Below, in pieces: positions 56,424-64,000 of a DNA stretch of 64,000 nucleotides. Under the pieces are notes generated by a model. The model was not told the origin of the DNA, made no database searches, and saw nothing but the letters and a program-made list of their open reading frames with translations. The position numbers were made by a program, and so were the translations under genes. Origin of the DNA: Escherichia phage vB_EcoM_G2494; the sequence record MK327935.1; one strand, written 5' to 3'. Within the stretch, counting starts at the first letter, position 1. Every line of letters begins with the position of its first letter.

Positions 56424-56756
56424 TTACAGATGAAAACCTGTTACAATCACCGCATCGATCATACCGCTAGGAATAAACGGTTCACCCTCTTTTATTTCAA
56501 CTTTGAATTGATGCCATTTCGCTAATACTTCTTCCGGTACACCCAGCGATTCGGCGTCTGCTTTAGTTTCATCCATAATCCAACTAGGCTGCATGAGAGC
56601 ATAGTTTACATAGTCCATTTCTGGGGTCATGTCATCAATGTTAATATATTTGCAGTTGACGCGTTTCAGAATTTCAAATTCTTTATTGTCAACCTGTACC
56701 ATGTATAATTCAGTAGTTTCTGGAATCAGTTCCCACACAATCAGTACATTTTTCAT
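56424..56756 (-). CDS. hypothetical protein (110 aa)
   Basis: ORF. Confidence 0.5.
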   Translation of the reverse strand: MKNVLIVWELIPETTELYMVQVDNKEFEILKRVNCKYINIDDMTPEMDYVNYALMQPSWIMDETKADAESLGVPEEVLAKWHQFKVEIKEGEPFIPSGMIDAVIVTGFHL

Positions 56757-56764
56757 AGTTCACC

Positions 56765-57133
56765 TCACTTAACAAAGATTTTCTTTAATGCTTTCAGGAT
56801 CGTTGCTTCCGGCGCTTCTTCCGGTGGAGGAAGCAATTCTACCACTTCCTCTTCCAACTCGATATAGTCTACCAGATATTCTACATAGAATGCAAGTGCT
56901 TCCATGAAATTAGATGCTACATCCGATTCACCACACGCGCCTACATGCATTGTATAAACATCACTGCGATCAAGTTTGTGAATACTCCCCAGATAGTTCC
57001 GGTTATACCAGACTTCCCACACTTTCAGCTTTCCGGTTTTGGTTGATGTTTTATAATCGGTTTCGTAATGATGCAATTGACGTTGCAAATCATTGATAAT
57101 AACACATTTTTCGTAATTGTTTTGAATTTCCAT
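56765..57133 (-). CDS. hypothetical protein (122 aa)
   Basis: ORF. Confidence 0.5.
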   Translation of the reverse strand: MEIQNNYEKCVIINDLQRQLHHYETDYKTSTKTGKLKVWEVWYNRNYLGSIHKLDRSDVYTMHVGACGESDVASNFMEALAFYVEYLVDYIELEEEVVELLPPPEEAPEATILKALKKIFVK

Positions 57134-57143
57134 GATGTAATCC

Positions 57144-57335
57144 TCACTTATCGTTAAGAAGTTCTAAAACTTTCTGTCGTACTTTGTCAATATTAGTTGA
57201 TTCAAAAACTGTACGGTATCCCCAGCTTTGACCGTATGAGCGGTTGCAATCTCCATATCCCCATTGTTCAACCTGATAGTATTCAAGGAATGGATGCTGC
57301 CGAACTATGATACCATCGCGATTAAAAATTACCAT
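57144..57335 (-). CDS. hypothetical protein (63 aa)
   Basis: ORF. Confidence 0.45.
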   Translation of the reverse strand: MVIFNRDGIIVRQHPFLEYYQVEQWGYGDCNRSYGQSWGYRTVFESTNIDKVRQKVLELLNDK

Positions 57336-57358
57336 AATATAATCCTCACGTCAACAAC

Positions 57359-57646
57359 TTATTTTCGGTTGTGGTCACGATATGTTTTAAAATATCCCTT
57401 GTACCACGGTAAAACATCTGGATTTTTACCACTATACAGACCTTTAACCATCATGTCAATAAGACCGTCCGGTGTTTGATAATTACCAGCTTTTATAAGC
57501 TCTCTGATTAAAATTTCCCTGTATATGTCTTTCGGATCTTCGTAATCAACTTGTATCGTGGTTGTAGTCTCATTCAATTTGGTTTCTGGAGTATCTTGCA
57601 TCGCCTCCCACCAATCTTTTGTAATCTTCATGTTATTGAATTGCAT
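57359..57646 (-). CDS. hypothetical protein (95 aa)
   Basis: ORF. Confidence 0.5.
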   Translation of the reverse strand: MQFNNMKITKDWWEAMQDTPETKLNETTTTIQVDYEDPKDIYREILIRELIKAGNYQTPDGLIDMMVKGLYSGKNPDVLPWYKGYFKTYRDHNRK

Positions 57647-57657
57647 AATTTAACCTC

Positions 57658-58416
57658 TTACTTGCAAACGTATTGATCTACATCAATTGCGCCACCGAAT
57701 GTAGGATGACGTTTTTCAAATCGAATAGTTCCGTCGTTTGGTTCGAAAACGGAGTATTCATATAGATCTTTCTTGCCAACATTCTTATAAAACCCGCCTT
57801 TAGTCATAACGGTTTCTTGTACGTTTGCTTTGTGTACGTTGTATTCGTCAATGTATACAAAATCAACCATCTTCCCATTTTTAATGGTTACTTTAAGATC
57901 TCCTGGCTGGTTTCCATATTTGGCATACATTGGCGCTTCTTTAATTTTGGTAGAAATTCCATCTTTCATACTCCACTCATAACGAACGGTGCATTGATAG
58001 GTAAAAGTTTCGACCTTCGGTTCTTCTACCACTTTTTCTTCCTGTTTCGGTTGTTCTTCTTCAACCTTCACAGAAGTCTCTGAATCGCTTTCTGACGCGG
58101 TTTCTTCTTTAGGTAATACATTCATCAAGTTTTGGATTTGAGCGTTATATACAGCCTCCAGTGGCTGAATCTGCCCGATATTGATCATAGTATCACGAAC
58201 AGTTTTATTCCAGTTGCGTTGCTCTTGTTTAAGCGACGGGTCAATCTTAACAGCCTTAACATATACTTCATGAAGTTTAGAATCAAGTGTGGAGATTGAC
58301 TCATTAGCACAAATAAACTTCTCTGATTTGGTAGTAGCTTTAGCGCAATCAAAGGACGCAGCGTTAGCACCGAAAGCAGTAGCAGAAAGAACGATAGCAG
58401 CGATAATGTTTTTCAT
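57658..58416 (-). CDS. periplasmic protein with LprI/DUF1311-like N-terminal domain
   Basis: signal peptide MKNIIAAIVLSATAFGANA; DCAKATT..E.FIC....LD..L...Y......QRNW pattern; own promoter cassette. Confidence 0.55.
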   Translation of the reverse strand: MKNIIAAIVLSATAFGANAASFDCAKATTKSEKFICANESISTLDSKLHEVYVKAVKIDPSLKQEQRNWNKTVRDTMINIGQIQPLEAVYNAQIQNLMNVLPKEETASESDSETSVKVEEEQPKQEEKVVEEPKVETFTYQCTVRYEWSMKDGISTKIKEAPMYAKYGNQPGDLKVTIKNGKMVDFVYIDEYNVHKANVQETVMTKGGFYKNVGKKDLYEYSVFEPNDGTIRFEKRHPTFGGAIDVDQYVCK

Positions 58417-58487
58417 AATATATTCCTCAATGTTTTGTCTTGATGGGAGTATCTTACTACTCCCTTAATCCAGTGTCAACTACTTTT

Positions 58488-58643
58488 TTAAATTTCTTCT
58501 ACAGTAAAGTCTTCAATGTTGTTGTGCTCGGCGAACGTTGCCAGACCAGCATTCCATGCATCATCCTCAGAGAAGAATACACCGTAACGTTCATATCCTT
58601 TAGCGCCTTCAAATTTAACCATTAATTTGTGAGTATGTTTCAT
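58488..58643 (-). CDS. small early protein (51 aa)
   Basis: ATG at 58643 behind cassette RBS; ORF track call over-extends through promoter. Confidence 0.5.
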   Translation of the reverse strand: MKHTHKLMVKFEGAKGYERYGVFFSEDDAWNAGLATFAEHNNIEDFTVEEI

Positions 58644-58674
58644 TTTGATTCTCCTTCGTTGTCTTGATGAGTTT

Positions 58675-58703
58675 AGTATAGGGGATCGCCGATCCCCTGT
58701 CAA
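58675..58703 (-). promoter_or_regulatory. sigma70-like early promoter
   Basis: TTGACA, spacer GGGGATCGGCGATCCCC, TATACT. Confidence 0.55.
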
Positions 58704-58713
58704 CAACTATTTT

Positions 58714-58926
58714 TTATTTTTTACCCGCTCGTGCATTAATACGCATTTTCTGCATAGCCATGATCTGGCTTACTGCTTCTTCTTTACGTTCTTGCGTGAT
58801 AACGTGACCAGATTCCGCAAACTCTCCAGCAACTTCTTCTACGATCTCGCGAACTTGAGAACGTCCAAAGATGCGGTTTCCTTCGTAGCTCATAAATTCA
58901 GTCACTACTTGCTCAATAGATTTCAT
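58714..58926 (-). CDS. small early protein (70 aa)
   Basis: ATG at 58926 with GGAGAATCAC RBS. Confidence 0.5.
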   Translation of the reverse strand: MKSIEQVVTEFMSYEGNRIFGRSQVREIVEEVAGEFAESGHVITQERKEEAVSQIMAMQKMRINARAGKK

Positions 58927-58987
58927 GTGATTCTCCTTTCGTTTGGTATGGGAGTATAATACTACTCCCATTTCTTTACGTCAACAA

Positions 58988-59149
58988 CTATTTTAAATTA
59001 TTTTCGACCTTCATCCATTCCGCGTATTCTTGCGCAGCTACTTTCGGATTTAGTCCGTCTTCGTACATTGCATCAAGTAATTCTTCGTCGGTGGGCTTAT
59101 ACCCTAGATAAGCCTCCATCTGATTTTTCCAAATTTTATAACAGTTCAT
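58988..59149 (-). CDS. small early protein (53 aa)
   Basis: ATG at 59149 with GGTGA RBS 5 nt after upstream stop. Confidence 0.45.
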   Translation of the reverse strand: MNCYKIWKNQMEAYLGYKPTDEELLDAMYEDGLNPKVAAQEYAEWMKVENNLK

Positions 59150-59153
59150 ATTA

Positions 59154-59426
59154 TCACCAGTCAAGAGCGCGTGTCTCTGCGTCTTCCCATGCTTGATCCA
59201 TAACAGCCTTGAAAACATATTCTAAAGTATCATCTTTAGAGAATCCGAAGACCTTAGACGGAATATCTTCAATTGCTACTCCCGCAACTTCTGCATTACG
59301 CGCTTGGCAATAATGCAACTCTAAGTTATCGAGATAGCGACCGCCTAATTTCTCCATATCATCCCAGCATTTCCAGTAACCTACTTTATTTGCAATTGCT
59401 AACACTTTGCTGTTTTCGTTGCTCAT
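59154..59426 (-). CDS. small early protein (90 aa)
   Basis: ATG at 59426 behind cassette RBS. Confidence 0.5.
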   Translation of the reverse strand: MSNENSKVLAIANKVGYWKCWDDMEKLGGRYLDNLELHYCQARNAEVAGVAIEDIPSKVFGFSKDDTLEYVFKAVMDQAWEDAETRALDW

Positions 59427-59492
59427 CTTTGATTCTCCTTTTGTTTGGAATGGGAGTATATTACTACTCCCATTATTCAGTGTCAATAGATT

Positions 59493-59699
59493 TTATTCGA
59501 TTATTTCAAATTTTGCTACCGGATCACCGTTTCGTTTGGTTGCAGTAAGTTGTTGTTTGTCAAAGTAAAACCAAATATAGTCACCATGAACTACATCAAA
59601 TGTGTTTCCGCTATTGTCCGTGGATACATCAACATCATAATCACAACCGACACTAAAGCTATAATTGATGTGATCGGTTTCAATGCAACGTACTTTCAT
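59493..59699 (-). CDS. small early protein (68 aa), VAKFE-family
   Basis: ATG at 59699 behind cassette; C-terminus VAKFEIIE. Confidence 0.5.
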   Translation of the reverse strand: MKVRCIETDHINYSFSVGCDYDVDVSTDNSGNTFDVVHGDYIWFYFDKQQLTATKRNGDPVAKFEIIE

Positions 59700-59730
59700 T
59701 TTTGAATCTCCTTTTTGTTTCACTGTGTGT

Positions 59731-59759
59731 ATTATGCAATGCTGGATTATGGAAGTCAA
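59731..59759 (-). promoter_or_regulatory. sigma70-like early promoter
   Basis: TTGACT-17-CATAAT. Confidence 0.5.
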
Positions 59760-59773
59760 ACAACTTTTCAAAT

Positions 59774-59802
59774 AAAAAAGCCGACCACAAGGATCGGCTT
59801 AA
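59774..59802 (-). terminator. rho-independent terminator
   Basis: A-run, stem GCCGACC/GATCGGC, T-run on minus strand. Confidence 0.5.
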
Positions 59803-59809
59803 TAATCAG

Positions 59810-60205
59810 TTACTTACTAAATTTCTTTTTGGCTTCGTCTACTGCATGAGATGCTAGTACCGCTGCCGCATGTGCACTTTTATCTGTGTTGCAGAGAACG
59901 CCCAGATAAACATCACGCCAAAGTTTAATCATCTCGTAGATCATATCAATATCATTTTCTTGTTTGTTGGCGATGCTATTCGTCGTTATCTGGTAAGGTA
60001 ACGGCTTGATCTGTACTGGTTCCGCCATCGGGCTAATCGGTTTCGGATCAGTCATAATAGGTGCTGTTGTGGGTGGTGTTTTCCACACACCATTAATCCA
60101 CGGTTTAATTGTTGTATCGTAAAGTTTATAAGGATTTTTGTCTGGGTCAACCATCCATGCATGATGAGTACCCAAACCATTTGAAGTGATGCGTCGTTCA
60201 GTCAT
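59810..60205 (-). CDS. hypothetical protein (131 aa)
   Basis: ORF. Confidence 0.5.
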   Translation of the reverse strand: MTERRITSNGLGTHHAWMVDPDKNPYKLYDTTIKPWINGVWKTPPTTAPIMTDPKPISPMAEPVQIKPLPYQITTNSIANKQENDIDMIYEMIKLWRDVYLGVLCNTDKSAHAAAVLASHAVDEAKKKFSK

Positions 60206-60407
60206 ACTTTCCCTCCAAAAATTCTTTCATCAAATAGTCTATCGTTGCTCTGTGTTCTGGTGTGTTTGTTATCTCTGCTAACTTATTCAGAGATTCAATA
60301 GTGATCCGGTTGGCTTCTTCCATAGTCTCAACGACCATTGGCACAATCTTTTTATTGTTGTACACGAAAGCCACATAACCGCCTTCTGGATATTCTTTCA
60401 TAATCAA
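60198..60407 (-). CDS. hypothetical protein (69 aa)
   Basis: ORF overlapping neighbours. Confidence 0.45.
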   Translation of the reverse strand: MIMKEYPEGGYVAFVYNNKKIVPMVVETMEEANRITIESLNKLAEITNTPEHRATIDYLMKEFLEGKYD

Positions 60408-61765
60408 CCCTTCTTAAGTTCTTTAAGATCTTTCTTATATTCCTTCATTGCGGTCGTCTTTGTCCAATACTCATATTCACTATGATGTTTATCGGCATCT
60501 TTGACCAGTCGATCATATTCTTCTTGGGTAACGCTGTACAATGGCATAGAAACGAGCTTATCGGCGTATGGACGCAGTTTTTCATGTCCATTGATGGATT
60601 GCATTACCTCGGCCTTTTTCTTGCCCTGTAGCTCGATTTCGCCCTTAATTACGCGATCGATAAATTCGGCTTTAGCCATTGCATAATTGTATGCTTCCAG
60701 CGTTTCCGCTTGCATCAATTCAATGCGTTTATCGACATACCCTAATCGGATTTCGACGAATCGACGGATCAGATCGCTCGCTTTCTCGAATACTTCTACT
60801 AAACCACGTTCGTTAACTACTACGATATTCTGGGCTACTAACTGCGTTAGTTTAAAATCCTTCATGATTTGCTCATGTCGAGCGGATTCATCTTCGCTTT
60901 TGAAATAATCGCGTTTCAGTGTTACTTCAAATCTGAATCCGTCCTTAGAGCAACGGTCATTATATGATACAATCAGATCTTTTTCTTCCAGTGCATCCAG
61001 TACCGCTACATATTCTTCACGGTCGAACTTATAAGGAACTTCTGATATTGTCAGTTTAGTCTTGCCGTTTAGTTCATATGTACCCTCAAGAATCACACCA
61101 TCGCGATCATCTCGCGGGATAACTTTACCCGTGAATTTCGGGAATTGAACACTAGGTTCTTTATCCAGTTTTCCGGCAAGTGCTAGCTCTGTGCATTCAA
61201 TAAGGCTTTCCAGTGAATGCGGTAAAATGTCAGTTTTATACCCTGTAGCAATACCACTAATACCATTAGCCAATACCATTGGCACAACTGGCAAGTAGAA
61301 CGCTGGCGGGATGTGTTCCATATCTTCGTGCTTAGGTGCGCAATTCATATCTTTATAGATTTTAAAGAAGTTTTCATGCACACGAGCAAAGATATAACGT
61401 GCTGCACCTGCTTTCTGGACTAAACGAGATCCGAAGTTACCTTGACCGTCAAGCAGTGGAGTATTATTGCTCCATGTATTCGCCATGAGTGATCCGGCTT
61501 CTACGGCATTAGTTTCGCCGTGGTGATACCCCAATTCAGCAACACCAGATCCAATATCTGCCATCTTACGGAATTTCTTACGGTCGCCTTTACTCTTTTG
61601 AAGTGCGCACTCCATAACAAAGCGTTGCACTGGTTTAAGCCCATCCACTAATTGAGGAATCCCGCGTTCCTCGGCAGAATAGATCGCATATTCCTTAGCT
61701 TCATTATGTACAATGCTTTCAAGGCTGCGGTAAGTAACTGATTTATTCATCTTCACCTCATACAC
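60404..61765 (-). CDS. 52: DNA topoisomerase II medium subunit gp52
   Basis: 453 aa; DGLKPVQRF and active-site Tyr region AGAARYIFAR (GyrA-like). Confidence 0.85.
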   Translation of the reverse strand: MYEVKMNKSVTYRSLESIVHNEAKEYAIYSAEERGIPQLVDGLKPVQRFVMECALQKSKGDRKKFRKMADIGSGVAELGYHHGETNAVEAGSLMANTWSNNTPLLDGQGNFGSRLVQKAGAARYIFARVHENFFKIYKDMNCAPKHEDMEHIPPAFYLPVVPMVLANGISGIATGYKTDILPHSLESLIECTELALAGKLDKEPSVQFPKFTGKVIPRDDRDGVILEGTYELNGKTKLTISEVPYKFDREEYVAVLDALEEKDLIVSYNDRCSKDGFRFEVTLKRDYFKSEDESARHEQIMKDFKLTQLVAQNIVVVNERGLVEVFEKASDLIRRFVEIRLGYVDKRIELMQAETLEAYNYAMAKAEFIDRVIKGEIELQGKKKAEVMQSINGHEKLRPYADKLVSMPLYSVTQEEYDRLVKDADKHHSEYEYWTKTTAMKEYKKDLKELKKG

Positions 61766-62120
61766 GCTTACAAATCACATTCTTTACTTTATCAGATTTA
61801 TCAGCCCAATCCAATAGCCATTTTAACGGAAGGATTGAAACAATAAACGGGGCAGCAATCAAAGAAAACATGATACACCTGATAATCAGGAAAACGCAAG
61901 TGACAAAACTAGCGATAGTGATCCCGACAAAACAAAATACCATAGAAAACAGAGTAATGATATAGAAAGGCCAGAATACCCACTCCCGCATCTTAACGCC
62001 TTTGTATTCTCTGAATTGCTTAAAATCTACAAACAACTCTCGGATAGACGCGTACAGGACCGAAAAATCATCTTTCATTGCTCTGAATGAGCAATCTTCT
62101 ATTTTAGAATGACCTAGCAT
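61758..62120 (-). CDS. small membrane protein (120 aa)
   Basis: two or three hydrophobic helices. Confidence 0.5.
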   Translation of the reverse strand: MLGHSKIEDCSFRAMKDDFSVLYASIRELFVDFKQFREYKGVKMREWVFWPFYIITLFSMVFCFVGITIASFVTCVFLIIRCIMFSLIAAPFIVSILPLKWLLDWADKSDKVKNVICKRV

Positions 62121-62122
62121 TA

Positions 62123-62416
62123 TTAACCGCCTTTAACCATTAATACAGGAATTGTTTTCTGATTTGTGTATAATTGACCTACTTCAATTTTTTCTTGAAT
62201 CACCACAACGTTACAATATCCACTGTCTTTAAGTTTTCTGATAATGACTCGCTTTTGTTCGTCGGTGATAGGATTGACTGTTCTCACCAATTCACCGCAA
62301 ATAATAGCACCATCTTTACAATTACCAGTAACTTTCATGCTACGACCGTGAACAACAACCACATCACCGTAAATCACATTTTCGTCGTCGTATTTGGTAA
62401 TAACCGTGACTGTCAT
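62123..62416 (-). CDS. hypothetical protein (97 aa)
   Basis: ORF. Confidence 0.5.
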   Translation of the reverse strand: MTVTVITKYDDENVIYGDVVVVHGRSMKVTGNCKDGAIICGELVRTVNPITDEQKRVIIRKLKDSGYCNVVVIQEKIEVGQLYTNQKTIPVLMVKGG

Positions 62417-62461
62417 AATGTATTCCCTCTAAGAAAGGCCGCGCAAAGCGGCCTATGTTGA

Positions 62462-62788
62462 TTATTGTTCTACAGTATAACCGTTGTTTTCAAGCCATGC
62501 AATAACAATCTTTTCGCCAATTTCATCGAGCATTTCATCGGCGCCGTATTCTTTAATGAAAGTCGATGGATCATTATTGCTTACTACGTGCTGGATCACA
62601 ACATGCTCAGGAATTGCGTCTAGCAGTTCACTATGATCATACTCATTAACGATATCTTCAACACTAACATTATTAACCAAATCAACATCATCCATAGTCA
62701 CAGTAACGCGGCCTGACGGACGCAATGAATATTGGCTACTTTCAACTTCAACATGTGCACTTTCGCAAGTAACTTTCATATCAATCAT
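62462..62788 (-). CDS. hypothetical acidic protein (108 aa)
   Basis: ORF. Confidence 0.5.
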   Translation of the reverse strand: MIDMKVTCESAHVEVESSQYSLRPSGRVTVTMDDVDLVNNVSVEDIVNEYDHSELLDAIPEHVVIQHVVSNNDPSTFIKEYGADEMLDEIGEKIVIAWLENNGYTVEQ

Positions 62789-62802
62789 AATTAATTCCTC
62801 TG

Positions 62803-63804
62803 TTAGTAATGGCTAAACCCTTCGGTCACATCTTCAACCACATAGTAACGATGACAGCGCATTTTGGCATTCGCATAATCTTTCGGGATACTTACAACGT
62901 GACGCGGATCAACTTTACATTTAATGATTCGGCCTCGTCCACCGCCATAGTGCGGAATATAGTGTTTCGCTGCAACGTGGAGGCCATTAGAGCAAGTGCG
63001 ATCATCATCTGGGTCCACGTCTTTACGCTTCATTTTAACCGTGCGACCTGGGCTATTATCAAACGTATGCGTAAAGAAATCTTTATAATCAACATCAACA
63101 CGTTTCCATGCATAGAAACAACCATCTTCCACGATCTCAATGTCGTTGTGCTCTAAGAAGTCAAACAGACGATCTACGGCCTTACGGCTAGGGTTTTTCT
63201 TGCACTTCTCAAAGAAGTTCAGATAGTGCGTATATGGCTTATTCTCTTTAATCGACTCCACAACTCGACGAGTCAGATTATTATCAAGAACAATATTATG
63301 ATAATACACAATACCATTTTCGATACGGAAAGCGCCGTGATAATATACTTCAACCGCTTTCTTAATGTCAATCAGCGTAATAGCTTTGATGAAATCATTA
63401 TGTTTAATCGCTTCCAGTGCTTCATTAAAGTTAACATGCGACGGATCAGCAGTATAAACAATGTCACCACATGTAATAGTAATAAACTTAGTTGAGGCTA
63501 TTGCTACGATTTTTGAGGAAGTAGTCACGGGCTTTTTTGCGCGTTCACCGCCTTTTCCTTTACTGGTTTTACGGCGTGCTTTACGTTTTTCTAGTGCCTT
63601 GCGACCTTCCGCTACTGCGTCTTTCTGAATCAGTAATACACGGGAAGCAGTACGACGAGATACACCAAATGCTGCCGCAAGTGCTTCGCGGGTAGTAAAC
63701 TTACCTTCGCCCCACTGTTTAGCCAGTTTGATTTGTTTCGCAGAATCCAGGCATTGAACGTTACGGTCAGAGACGGTGATTTTTGCTTTAGTCATAGTAT
63801 TCAT
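62803..63804 (-). CDS. rIIB: rIIB membrane-associated protein
   Basis: ENGIVYYHNIVLDNNL, NPSRKAVDRLFDFL, TFDNSPG, CSNGLHV, VVSIPKDYANAKMR, YVVEDVTE match T4 rIIB. Confidence 0.85.
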   Translation of the reverse strand: MNTMTKAKITVSDRNVQCLDSAKQIKLAKQWGEGKFTTREALAAAFGVSRRTASRVLLIQKDAVAEGRKALEKRKARRKTSKGKGGERAKKPVTTSSKIVAIASTKFITITCGDIVYTADPSHVNFNEALEAIKHNDFIKAITLIDIKKAVEVYYHGAFRIENGIVYYHNIVLDNNLTRRVVESIKENKPYTHYLNFFEKCKKNPSRKAVDRLFDFLEHNDIEIVEDGCFYAWKRVDVDYKDFFTHTFDNSPGRTVKMKRKDVDPDDDRTCSNGLHVAAKHYIPHYGGGRGRIIKCKVDPRHVVSIPKDYANAKMRCHRYYVVEDVTEGFSHY

Positions 63805-63857
63805 TCCTCTATTAGTTGGGCGACTATCGCCGCCCGATTCACATCATTATACCAGAA

Positions 63858-63989
63858 TTATTTTGCTTCTACAACCTTGCGGATTGTGCGGTCTGATACA
63901 TTATAGATTCGTGCCAGTTCGCCTTTAGTCAAGCCGCGAGCGTATTGTTTACGGATGGTTTCTTTCTGGATAGCGGTCAGTTTAGTCAT
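63858..63989 (-). CDS. small HTH protein (43 aa)
   Basis: ATG with GAGGTGA RBS; ...GLTKGELARIYNVSDRTIRKVVEAK helix-turn-helix-like; frame also open to window end. Confidence 0.4.
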   Translation of the reverse strand: MTKLTAIQKETIRKQYARGLTKGELARIYNVSDRTIRKVVEAK

Positions 63990-64000
63990 AGTATCACCTC

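Overview
This window is a contiguous segment of a T4-like (Tevenvirinae-type) myovirus genome; all homology calls were made by eye from memory of T4 proteins and motifs, with no database search. Gene order is collinear with T4: uvsW-uvsY-25-26-51-27-28-29-48-54 (baseplate, plus strand, late) / alt / a hyperplastic block of ~35 small early genes (13.4-22 kb, minus strand) / 30 (DNA ligase)-31-cd-pseT-spanins-rnlA-denA-nrdB-nrdA-td-frd-32-59-33-dsbA-rnh (minus) / long tail fibre genes 34-35-36-37 plus a T2-type gp38 adhesin and holin t (plus) / a second small-early-gene block / 52 (topoisomerase) ... rIIB (minus). Late genes carry TATAAATA late promoters; early minus-strand genes sit behind a reiterated sigma70-like promoter-leader-RBS cassette. 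Accessory content includes four HNH endonucleases, a second Alt-like ADP-ribosyltransferase with a lipoprotein, a NADAR protein, a methyltransferase-like/Zn-ribbon/DUF262 operon, a seven-member paralogous small-protein family, and a thymidylate synthase with a large in-frame insertion. The strongest candidates for an undescribed system are the seven-member HxHW family and the methyltransferase-like/Zn-ribbon/DUF262 operon; neither can be assigned a function from sequence alone. No tRNA, rRNA or CRISPR array was recognised. Short-gene starts were refined by hand where the ORF track over-extended into promoter sequence.
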